Source: Octopus sinensis (Eukaryota). Taken from it: a DNA stretch of 64,000 nucleotides. The stretch is from NCBI RefSeq assembly GCF_006345805.1, contig NC_043023.1, positions 15,314,001 to 15,378,000 on the forward strand. Direction: 5' to 3'. Made by a program: the position numbers and the translations under genes. Positions 1 to 11,374 of the stretch are shown in pieces; within the stretch, counting starts at the first letter, position 1; each line of letters starts with the position of its first letter. The notes under the pieces were generated by a model. It did not search any database and had not been told where the DNA came from. It saw only the letters and a program-made list of their open reading frames with translations.

Positions 1-77
1 TGAAGTCCGTGTATATGTAGACATTACACAAGGTTGTATCATATAATTTTAATAACAAAATAAATTTCAAAGACCAC

Positions 78-299
78 ACCCTTTTGTTACTAACCCGGCC
101 AAAACCGGCTCTGGCTCTGTGGTAAAATGTCTAATTTTCATAAGTTTTGAATTAAAATCTTCCACCAAACCTTAGTTACAATTTATGTTCCCAACACTAG
201 TTGAATGATAACTAAGTTAGTTTACTAAATTCTTTATTATATTTAAAATAATTAATAGAAACACACTGAATCTCAGCAGAAATATGGTAACAAAAGGGT
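78..299. mobile_element. TTAA/piggyBac-type MITE (family P1) in the intron of Z1
   Basis: Termini acccttttgttac...gtaacaaaagggt are inverted. The insert is bracketed by a direct repeat ataaatttcaaagac and is absent from the Z5 intron. Copies near 13710, 24700 (rc), 33650 and 49070. Confidence 0.55.
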
Positions 300-420
300 T
301 ACCATATTATAAATTACCATAAATAAATTTCAAAGACAAATTAAAGGATTATATCCACAGTTTATCATTATGAAGATGTAGTTATATTTTTTTTATAATT
401 GAATCTCTGCTTTTTAAGTC

Positions 421-456
421 TTTCCTATATCTTCTTCTGTTTCTGTGTCATTTCAG
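421..456 (+). promoter_or_regulatory. Splice acceptor of the coding exon (polypyrimidine tract + CAG)
   Basis: tcttcttctgtttctgtgtcatttcAG. The same acceptor precedes each gene whose 5' end is visible: AG at 455, 10461(-), 14090, 24513(-), 27575, 34024, 45372(-), 49450 and 54948. Confidence 0.7.
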
Positions 457-765
457 GAGGTGAAATGTTAGTGATACTTCATGAATATTGATCATCTAAT
501 GGAAGATGTTATAAATATTTGACATAACTCTGTTTATACGATTTGTCTATGGTGGAAAACTGTGAAATATTTCTTCTGAATTAATGGCAACATTTGTTTC
601 CATCATTGCCTGGAATATTTGCTAAAGTCTTTCACATTCTGTTTGGAGTGGGAGATATCTGCAAAGTTGTTTGTATCATCTTCAGATATTGATGAAGATC
701 AGCAATAGAAATATATAAAAAAGGAAGCAAAATTATATTTTGTGTTTTTATACCATAGAACAATA

Positions 766-1656
766 ATGAATCCTCAAGAGATGACAAAAGAAAGAAAAAA
801 GTTATCACACCAATGTGATATCTGTAAAAAGACATTTTCTAATAAGGGAAATCTCAATGTTCACAAATTCATTCATGCAGGGGAGAAACAATATTACTGT
901 GATATTTGTGGAAAATCATTCTCTCAGAAAAGTCACCTTACCTCTCACAAATACATTCATACAGGAGAGAAACGGTATCGCTGTGATATTTGTGGAAAGT
1001 CATTCTTTCAGAAGGTTCACCTTACTTCTCACAAATACATTCATACAGGAGAGAAACCATATCACTGTGATATCTATGGAAATTCATTCTCTGATAAATG
1101 TCACCTTTCTTCTCACAAATACATTCACACAGGTGAGAAACCATATCACTGTGATATTTGTGGTAAATCATTCTCCCATAAGCACATCCTTACTTCTCAC
1201 ATATCCATTCATACAGGAGAGAAACCTTATCAGTGTGATATTTGTGGTAAATCATTCTCTGATAAAAGTAACCTTACTAAACACAAATACATTCATACAG
1301 GAGAGAAACCTCATCAATGTGATGTCTGTGGAATGTCATTCTCTCAAAAAAGTAACCTTGATTCTCATAAATACATTCATACAGGTGAGAAACCATATCA
1401 GTGTGATATTTGTGGTAAATCATGCTCTCAAAAAAGTAACCTTGATTCTCATAAATATATTCATACAGGAGAGAAACCTCATCAATGTGATGTCTGTGGA
1501 ATGTCATTCTCTCGAAGACGTTACCTTGATTCTCACAAACACATTCATACAGGAGAGAAACCATATCAATGTCGTATTTGTGGTAAATCATTCTCCCAGA
1601 AGCATAGCCTTACTCATCACAAATCCATTCATACTGGAGAGAAACTGTATGTGTGA
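766..1656 (+). CDS. Z1: C2H2 zinc-finger protein, 296 aa, 10 fingers (finger 4 has C->Y)
   Basis: 28-aa repeats CxxC...HxxxH with TGEKP linkers. The first ATG is at 766 (the track start at 742 is GTG). A 2-bp deletion near 1651 shifts the 11th finger out of frame; that finger ends at KP-TAG 1730-1732. Confidence 0.9.
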   Translation: MNPQEMTKERKKLSHQCDICKKTFSNKGNLNVHKFIHAGEKQYYCDICGKSFSQKSHLTSHKYIHTGEKRYRCDICGKSFFQKVHLTSHKYIHTGEKPYHCDIYGNSFSDKCHLSSHKYIHTGEKPYHCDICGKSFSHKHILTSHISIHTGEKPYQCDICGKSFSDKSNLTKHKYIHTGEKPHQCDVCGMSFSQKSNLDSHKYIHTGEKPYQCDICGKSCSQKSNLDSHKYIHTGEKPHQCDVCGMSFSRRRYLDSHKHIHTGEKPYQCRICGKSFSQKHSLTHHKSIHTGEKLYV

Positions 1657-1765
1657 TATTTGTGGTAAATCATTGTCTTGCTTGCGCTCTTTAACCTCTC
1701 ATAAAAACATTCATACAGGAGAGAAACCATAGCACTGTAATATCTGCAGTAAATCATTCTAAGTC

Positions 1766-2437
1766 GGATCTTTTCCTCTTGAACGGCACTTTTCAACACA
1801 ATTTCTAGTTAATTAAACACTTTTAAACTTTGTATACTGGTAGAATGTGTGAAAAGAAAACGTTTCTTTCTCTTGGCTTTCTTGAGACAATTGTAATTTG
1901 TAAGTTTAATGTAGTTTAATTTTTCGAATTTTAACCAATCCTATGCCCTCTATTGAGCTAAAATCATTTGCTGCGTCTAAAACTAAGACAGCATCCTGTC
2001 ACTAACCCTAACCCTAAATTTTAGCCTTTCAGTTTGTTTGTTTTTTATTGTTACACGTGTGTCTAAAATTATTCGTTTTGTTTTTTAGTTGAGTTTTTTT
2101 TCTTTTGTTTTAGCCTTTCATTTTTTTTTCTTAATTATTATCCTTAAATTAATTTAACAATTAAGAAAAAAAACCGAAAGGCTAAAATTTAGGGTTAGGG
2201 TTAGAGTGATGTTGTCTCAGTTTTAGACGCAGCAAATGATTTTAGCTCAATAGAGGGCATAGGATTGGTTAAAATTCGAAAAATTCAACTACGTTAAACT
2301 TACAAATTGCAATTTTCTAAAGAAAGCCAAGAGAAAAAAATGTTTTATTTTGACACATTCTACCAGTATACGAAGCTTAAAAGTGTTTAGTTATCCAGAT
2401 ATTGTGTTGAAAACCGCCGTTCAAAAGAAAAAGATCA
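1766..2437. mobile_element. Foldback MITE type I (GGATC termini), 34 bp after the ancestral stop of Z1
   Basis: Long TIRs ggatcttttcctcttgaacggca...gccgttcaaaagaaaaagatc with arms of about 250-300 bp. Contains (ctaacc)n. No ORF. Confidence 0.85.
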
Positions 2438-2631
2438 GGTATTTCTCCTGCATCTGTCTTACCAGAAATATATAGCATCAGTGGTTCTTTTCCCTGGCAT
2501 GAACCCAAACTGCATCTCATCTAAACTGACTCTCTCCCTTATTAGTTAATAATTATTTACTTTGTGTGAAAAAATTATTTACCTTGTTTTAAAAAAAAAA
2601 AATTATTTGATATACAGCCTTTAAATACATA

Positions 2632-3143
2632 TAATAAATCTTCGAGTGTAGTCCGCTCTTGAGTTTAATACTCAGGGGAGTTTTTAGGGGGCTGTACCTC
2701 TGAAAAACCTAAACCATGTATATAATATGCACCCCTTCTCTAACCTGAGTCAAGGAGGTCTATATAACATCCTTGGTTTGTAAAAATGTATACGGTAACC
2801 TCCTTTCTTATTATTGTATATATAACATAATGCAAACATGTAGCTTTTTTGTGTATTTTGTTTGCAGAAAATAAAGAAATAACAGTAATAATGTTTAATA
2901 AATGTTGCTTACTGCAAGTTATGGATGATTCTTTTATGACTTCATTACTTTCAGGCTTAGCTTAAGGTATTTTCACGCCCGACATCACAAAATGCGTCTG
3001 AATAAACATTGCCGGACAGCAAAGAGAGACTCGGACATTGCTTAGAAAATATTTTCATTTTTAACCTTGTATATAATCCGCACCTGGGATTTTGACCTTT
3101 AAATTTGGGGGGTAAAATGAGAATTATACTCGAGGATTTATAG
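2632..3143. mobile_element. Non-autonomous Tc1/mariner (Tc2/pogo-like) element
   Basis: TIR consensus CCGTAAATCCTCGAGTATAATCCGC inferred from the ends taaatcttcgagtgtagtccgc...attatactcgaggatttatag. TA flanks are clear in the 16820 copy. Confidence 0.7.
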
Positions 3144-3149
3144 TACGTG

Positions 3150-3310
3150 CTTTGCGCATGCACGCATCTATTAATTTGCATACGTGCACTCGCGCTTGGT
3201 AGTTGTAGGATTGACTCGTCACAACTAGCTAGCGGGATGGCGCGCAGTGTGACCACTTTTTGTAAATAGTACTCAGCGTCTGTAACCAGTCAAGTCGTGG
3301 GTCACTCTGG
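3150..3310. promoter_or_regulatory. CpG-rich module with NRF1-like GCGCATGC and octamer ATTTGCAT motifs
   Basis: Locally CpG-dense in a CpG-poor background. Copies near 17310, 21600-21725 (rc) and 37320. The core resembles 12321 and 32720. Function is inferred only. Confidence 0.3.
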
Positions 3311-3447
3311 TAATTAATATATATATAACAATTATAGGTGGTTTTACGTTTTCCACAATGATATGTACTACCAGGGTGCCACCAAGCTTATTGATTATGA
3401 GAAGGCTGTTTTTCCTGAGATGTATATTAACACGTACAAGTTTGCGC

Positions 3448-3984
3448 GGATCTTTTCCTTTTGAACGGCATATGTCAACACAATTTATAGTTAACTAAAC
3501 ACTTTTAAACTTCGTATACTGGTAGAATGTGTTTATAAAACATCATTTTTTCTTGGATTTATTGAGAAAATTCTATAGTTTGTAACATATTTCCACTTTA
3601 AAATCGAGCATTTCGGCAATTTTAACCAATCAAATACGTCCATTTGGAGTCAAAACATACCGTGCTGTATGAATATGTCCCTTGTTTAAGAAACAGAGTG
3701 GGTTTATTTACATTTGCAAAGAAAAATAGATACCCTTAACCCTAAAATAGATTGAAATGCAAAGATCAATACTAGGGTTATAATTATGGGTGACAATTTC
3801 ATACGACACCACTACAGAAAATGGGATTTTTTCTAGCGGTGTCATATGAAATTGTCACCCATAATTATGACCCTAGTATCGATCTATTGCATTTCTATCT
3901 CTTTTAGGGTTAGGGGTGGGGGGAAGGGTATCTTTTAGTTACCTAGAAATTATGTTAAACACTGCCGTTCAAACCGAAAAGACC
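3448..3984. mobile_element. Foldback MITE type II, internally deleted
   Basis: ggatcttttccttttgaacggca start and degenerate ttcaaaccgaaaagacc end. The right arm is missing about 250 bp relative to the 37631 copy. Confidence 0.8.
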
Positions 3985-4398
3985 TACATACTCTGTTGTT
4001 GATGGTGAAATTCCAATGAAGGATCCTTGGATTTAGGTTAGAAATTGGCTCTTTCTGTATTGGCAAGTAATTTTGATATAAAACTGAAGAATGGTATACA
4101 TACATGCAGACTGTTGCTATAGCAACGAAGCTAAGATACACAGAGTGAAGCCATTTGGGAAAGATTGACTCTAAACTCTGCTGTGCATTCACACTAAGTG
4201 TTAACATTCTAGCTCTCTTCTGCTGTTTGCAACAATGCTTCGAAGGAAGGTGTGTAGCGTGTGATTGTCACAATGAGCATGATAGAAAGTTGAGCAGAGA
4301 ATCTGCATCAGATTTTGCCAAAATCAGGGCAATACCTGCTCAGAGGCCCACACAAATTTTTATAATTCTCGACCTAATCAAGGGAATCTTGTATAACT

Positions 4399-4750
4399 TA
4401 TTTCTTTATTACCCACAAGGGGCTAAACACAGAGAGGACAAACAAGGACAGACGCACGGGTTAAGTCCGTTATATCGACCCCGAAACGATGAAAGGCAAA
4501 GTCGACCTCAGCGGAATTGGAACTCAGAACGCGATGGCAGACACAATACGTATTTCTTTACTACCCACAAGGGGCTAAACAGAGGGGACGAACAAGGACA
4601 GACAAACAGAGTAAGTCGATTACATCAATCCCAGTGTGTAACTGGTACTTAATTAATCGACCCTGAAAGGATGAAAGGCAAATTCGACCTCAGATGAAAT
4701 ACGGCCACGTGGTTCGCCCAGCATGCTAACGTTTCTGCCAGCTCACCGCC
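4399..4750 (-). mobile_element. tRNA-derived SINE family B, tandem dimer, 11-bp TSD
   Basis: Head ggcggtgagctggcagaaacgttagc; B-box-like gagttcaaattcc in other copies; body gtcgactttgcctttcatcctttcggggtcgat. TSD cttgtataact at 4388-4398 and 4750-4760. Confidence 0.85.
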
Positions 4751-5812
4751 TTGTATAACTAAAACCTGAGTGACCCCTGGCGGTCAGACAGGAAAGCAAA
4801 ATAAAAATGGGATTTAATGAGAGTAATCTCCCTCGACCTTCTTAAATACTTTAGAAGCTTCCTATAAACTTCCAGATGACATAGCAGTCAGGGACTTCTG
4901 GTTTATCCCTAATATAAAGCAGAACATTCTAATTTTGTGCCACCCTTGCGTTGACTCCTGACTCCTAGACATGCATTGACTCAGGTCACGCACATACACA
5001 CCCGCAAGTGCATGTGTTTGCCTTATTTTGCTTTGAGACGTGGTTGCAAAATATGTTCATCTGATGTTACAAGCTTTTCCTTCAATTAACCTTATATGTC
5101 AACGCATTACCTCTGGATCTTGCCTGAGTAGGGTTTCCTCTCCAAAGACCTTCCGCTGTTCAGCTCTCTTGAGAATTTACTACCATTGTCTTATTTTAAC
5201 ATTTCATCAGTGACTGGGAAATATATTTCCTTCACACTCCTTCTCTCACATGGTTACCATCTACTCAATGGCTCCATCGCATATTCACTAGATAACCACC
5301 ATCATTAGCATTTAATGAACAAACTTATCCCTTCGTTTATCTCTCATCACTGTATCTTAGCATGTAACACCAAGTATTTTGTATATTAAATAATATCAAC
5401 AAATTATATAACTTCAAAACAAACATTTATTATAGATCAGTTTGGAGAAATGTGTAACTTTTATCATACATTGATCAAGTGTGAATTCTATGCTGTATCA
5501 TCAATTGTATAGGCTCATAAGGGACACGTTTGGATAGGGTTGCCAGATTAGAAAATCATATATACGGGACACTTTTAAAATCTCTATCTATATATATATT
5601 TATACATGCCTGCACACCCAACATAATATATAAAAGCAGAGAGATAAGTTAAAAAGATAATGCAATTATTTTAACGGGTTATGAGGTCAAAATTATTTAA
5701 TACAAGCTAAAGAAATAATAAATTCTATTAAAGTGAAATAATTTGAAAATATTTCTTTAATACAGACAACAGAGAAATAAGCAAACAATATCTTGTGTAA
5801 TGTGTACATATA

Positions 5813-6148
5813 GGCGTAGGTGTGGCTGTGTGGTAAGTAGCTTGCTTACCAACCACATGGTCCCAGGTTCAGTCTCACTGTGTAGCACTTTGGACGAGTG
5901 TCTTCTACTATAGCCTCGGGCCGACCAAAGCCTTGTGAGTGGATTTGGTAGACGGAAACTGAAAGAAGCCCATCGTATATATGTATGTTTGTGTGTCTGT
6001 GTTTGTTCCCCTAGCATTGCTTGACAACCGATGCTGAGGTGCTTATATCCCCGTCACTTAGCGGTTCGACAAAAGAGACCAATAGAATAAGTCCTGGGTC
6101 TATTTGCTCGACTAAAGGCACTGCTCCAGCATGGCCACTGTCAAATAG
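5813..6148 (+). mobile_element. tRNA-derived SINE family A
   Basis: Head ggcgtaggtgtggctgtgtggtaag...ggttcagtc and tail gctccagcatggccactgtcaaat. Multiple copies in the window. Confidence 0.85.
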
Positions 6149-6149
6149 A

Positions 6150-7467
6150 TAGGTTCCCCTATTTTCTTCCGGACCGGGCTGCATGTTGTGTTCTTGAGCA
6201 AGACACTTTATTTCACGTTGCTCCAGTTCACTCAGTTGTAGAAATGAGTTGCGACATCACTGGTGCTAAACTGTATCGACCTTTGTCTTTCCCTTGGACA
6301 ACACTGGTGGCGTGGAGAGGGGAGGCCGGTATGCATGGGCGACTGCTGGCCTTCCATAAACAACCTTGCCCAGACTTGTGCCTGGGAGGGTAACTTTCTA
6401 GGTGCAAACCCATGGTCACTCATGACCGAAGGGTGTCTTTATCCATATTTATTATTGAAATATCACTTCCAGTATCGAACTGAAGTTTAATATGTATTCC
6501 AATCATTTTTACATGTACATATTTTCTCATTTGGGAGTCGAATTTTGTTTCTGTTGAGAGCCCTCTAGGATCTTTAATGGTTGATCTTCAGAATTTAGTT
6601 CTGCAGTGTGAATTTCTGTATATTCAGTTGTTGTAAGGCCTTTTACCAAAATAAGACACCTGAATATCTCAGGTGTAAATTCTTTGAGTTTAAAAATAAT
6701 CACACATTCTAATTGTTCCTGTGTATGTGATAAAATCACCATCCTCCTTTTTCATTATATTCCAAAACACCATCCAAGTGTTAGAGAAGTTTTATCACCA
6801 AATATGTTAGACAGTAATTCCATTGTTTCTTTAAAACAAATTTCATTGAGTTTTTTGGGGTAATATGAAATTAAAATAATGTTCATACTCAGATGGGGCT
6901 CATTTATGTCATAATAACCTTACTTTTTCTGTGTCTGACCATGTCTTACAATCTTCCTTAAAAATTACCTGCTGTAGTACAATGCAAGTTATACCGTCCT
7001 CTGGGTTATAACTGGATTCATCGAGTCCAAAACGGCATCTGGCAAAAATGTACTTCCCTCATTTTTGGACTTCTTTGAATAAAGCTCCAATAATTGTTGT
7101 TGTTGCTGCCTTTGTCGTTGATTTTGCAACAGTTTTAAAGAAGCTAATTAGTCTTCCATGATTTAACAATTTTGTATCACAAAAATTTGTTAACTGACCT
7201 GCAAGAGCTTCGAAACCCTCATCGCCAGATGTTGTAACATAATTGTTCCGTACAATAAATAAGATAACCAGAAAATTGTAACAACAATCTAATGAACTAA
7301 CAAATCTTTTACGAACCAACATTCAATATTCCTTAGGAAGTAAACCAAGCGACACCTTCCGACTTCACTTGACTCTGAACCGTAAACCCACTCAGATCGT
7401 TACTATTTATACTTTACTCGGACCAGTCTATCTCTCCCAAGGGGACATGGTAACTCTCATCACAACA
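6150..7467 (-). mobile_element. Decayed Ty3/Gypsy LTR retrotransposon: 5' LTR, PBS, gag, start of protease
   Basis: LTR 7230-7467 has TGTTGT...ACAACA ends. PBS-like TGGCGATGAGG at 7217-7227; gag ATG at 7159. Broken translation includes YNPEDGIT, WSDTEKVRLLL, FKLKEFTPEIFRCLILVKGL. Protease KLQFDTGSDISIIN with DTG at 6468-6476. Confidence 0.85.
6171..6439 (+). mobile_element. 5'-truncated SINE inserted in the Gypsy protease relic
   Basis: Starts ggaccgggctgcatgttgtgttcttgagcaagacac (post-B-box SINE-like sequence). Absent at the paralogous sites 40951 and 61180. Confidence 0.7.
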
Positions 7468-8412
7468 GGTGCCATTCTAACCAGATGCCCATCATAAATC
7501 CCTGCTTGGTGTCTGGTAAGAACAAGACCATGAAAACCTGCTCTACAGAATGATTTAGCAAAAAATAAGTATCATCCGTTGCAGGGGTTGAGCAGGGATG
7601 TGTTTGAACCATAGGTAGAGTGGGGCATTAGGCTCTTGAAAAATATTTCCCACTCTACACCCAAAACTGTGACAAACAGCAATAAGCCTCCAGCTAGTGC
7701 CAGAATATGTGGGCAGTAGCACAAAGGGTGCAGATCCTGGGATCCCTGAGTGTTTTCCAGCAGAGGATAACTGATCATGGCTGGGAACTGGAGTGTAATA
7801 CATTTGTGTCAAAATAATATATCCACAAGAAAACAGAGCAAATTAATATAATCAATATTGTTTGAATAAAAAACACAAATCGTAATTAGTGAGTTGATGC
7901 AAATGAGGAAAATGTGAAAAATGAATTTATTTTGTAAAAAGTAATACATTTGCTGTATTTTATTCAGCAGGACATCTGTTTTATCATTGATATTGTTATT
8001 GATCAATATGAATAAGTATATGTTTAGTTAAGGTAGATTATTGAGAGAATGATTTAGCACAGATTACACAGTCATCAGAATCTTCTCCTGTATGAATATG
8101 TTTGTGTTTAGTTTATTATTTCTCTCTATGAAGGAATGACTTGTCACAGATGTCACAGTGATACGATTTCTCTCCTGTATGAATGGATTTGTGATGAGTT
8201 CAATATTGTTCCACAGAGAATGATTTACCTCAGATATCACAGCAATAGAGTTTCTCTCCTGTATGAATACGTTTATAAGTATATACAGCATATTCCTGAG
8301 AGAATGATTTGCTGCAGACATCACAGTCACATAGTTTCTCTCCAGTGTGAGCAGACTTGTAATTAATTAAACATTTTCTTAAACGGAATGATTTACTGCA
8401 GATACTACAGTG

Positions 8413-10124
<1,712 letters not shown>

Positions 10125-10930
10125 TATTGTTCTGTAGTATACAGACAGAAAATATATTTCTCCCTTCTTCTTTATATATATCTTCTACAGCAAATCTGAT
10201 CTTAAATATCTGAAAATGATACAAACACCTTTCCAGATTTTCTCACATTCAAACACAATGCAAAATACTTTTGTAAATATTCCTGGCAATGAGGAAAACA
10301 AATGTTGCTATTAATTCAGAAGAAATATTTCACCGTTATTCACCATAGATATATTATACAAACAGAATTATTATCTATTATTTATAACGGCTGACATTCG
10401 TTTTCAAAACATGATCAATATTCATGATGTATCTCACGTAAAACTCCTTTATACGAGTATCTGAAATGACACAGAAACAGTAGAAGATATAGGAAAGACT
10501 TAAAAAGCAAAGGTTTAACAATAAAAATTATAACTACATTTTCATAATGATAAACTGTTGCCCGAATAAATTACACTTTAAAATGATACTGATGACACAA
10601 GACATTACTTTCGTCTATTATGACCTGAGTCATAAATCTAATACTTTCTCTAGTTTAGTTTCAATGCACCCAAACAAACAAAAGGAAAAGCAGTGTAAAT
10701 AACGGACAGAGTCAAAACTATTGAAAAGGTTGCAAGACGCAAAGAAAATTTTAGGAAAAAAGGAAATAAGTAAGAAATAAGAAATAACTGCAAAATTTTA
10801 CCGATGAGTGTGTTAAATTATAAGGCACAAAAAGAAAATGACTCTCCCCAGACGCAACAGAATATGCTTCATTACACGAATTCATATAAAGAACCTTGCA
10901 AACCAAATCAAAAAACGAAATAGAATTATA

Positions 10931-11112
10931 TCTGTTTCTTTATTATCCACAAGGGGCGAAACACGGACGGGACAAACAAGGACAGACAAACGGATTAAGT
11001 CGATCACATTGACCCCAGTGCGTAACTGGTACTTAATTTATCGACCCCGAAAGGATGAAAGGCAAAGTCGACCTTGGCGGAATTTGAACTCAGAACGTAA
11101 CGGCGGACGAAA
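10931..11112 (-). mobile_element. SINE family B, 5'-truncated (left arm)
   Basis: Matches the family B body; mirrored at 11961-12140. Confidence 0.8.
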
Positions 11113-11223
11113 TTAATATCGATGTCAGACTAGCAACATTGAATACTTTCATTATTGTCTGGAGTTTCGAATTTTCCAGGTTCTTCTGCTTTCACTAAAA
11201 ATAAAATATGTACGATATCTTAC

Positions 11224-11374
11224 CTGTGCTAAAACTCAGTGCTAAAAGTCAATTAACGCAAACCACACCAAAAAAGCCATTCAGCGGGAAACGTAATTTA
11301 AAGAAAGCTGGAAAAATAGACATGGAATGTCGACGAAACGAACTGAATATCCGGATGTTGTATATATCGTAATA
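11224..11374 (-). other. Putative non-coding first exon of Z2
   Basis: Ends in ACAG|GTAAGA (GT at 11223-11222), giving a 763-bp GT-AG intron to the acceptor at 10461. The 5' limit is approximate. Confidence 0.55.

Noticed and set aside
742-765. ORF-track starts 24 nt upstream of MNPQEM (also Z3, Z4, Z5, Z6, Z8; 132 nt for Z9)
   Set aside because: These are GTG/TTG-type starts allowed by the ORF finder. In a eukaryote the first in-frame ATG is used.
632-835. Recurrent 60-73 aa antisense ORF (FLLSSLEDSLLFY...) at several genes
   Set aside because: It is antisense to the duplicated 5' ends; recurrence reflects DNA duplication, not independent conservation.
1277-1591. Antisense ORFs over the finger arrays (MIYHKY..., MTFHRHH...)
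   Set aside because: Shadow frames of the 84-bp finger repeat.
800-1732. 84-bp periodic repeats as a CRISPR-like array
   Set aside because: They are in-frame C2H2 finger codons in a eukaryotic context, with no repeat-spacer structure and no cas genes.
1730-1762. A-to-I editing of the shared UAG to UGG (Trp) to extend the array
   Set aside because: Read-through meets another stop within about 8-17 codons in most copies. Where the frame stays open (Z2/Z7), the following fingers have lost zinc ligands.
4155-4652. 165-aa ORF and similar RPRKDERQSRPRRNLNSER ORFs
   Set aside because: Translations of SINE family B in reverse, with a non-ATG start.
5530-5580. hAT-like terminus tagggttgccagatt (also near 40293)
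   Set aside because: Only one end is visible, with no partner TIR or TSD.
7059-7322. 87-aa ORF conserved in three copies as a novel gene
   Set aside because: It starts at a non-ATG codon, spans the Gypsy LTR/PBS/gag start in the wrong frame, and is repeated only because of segmental duplication.
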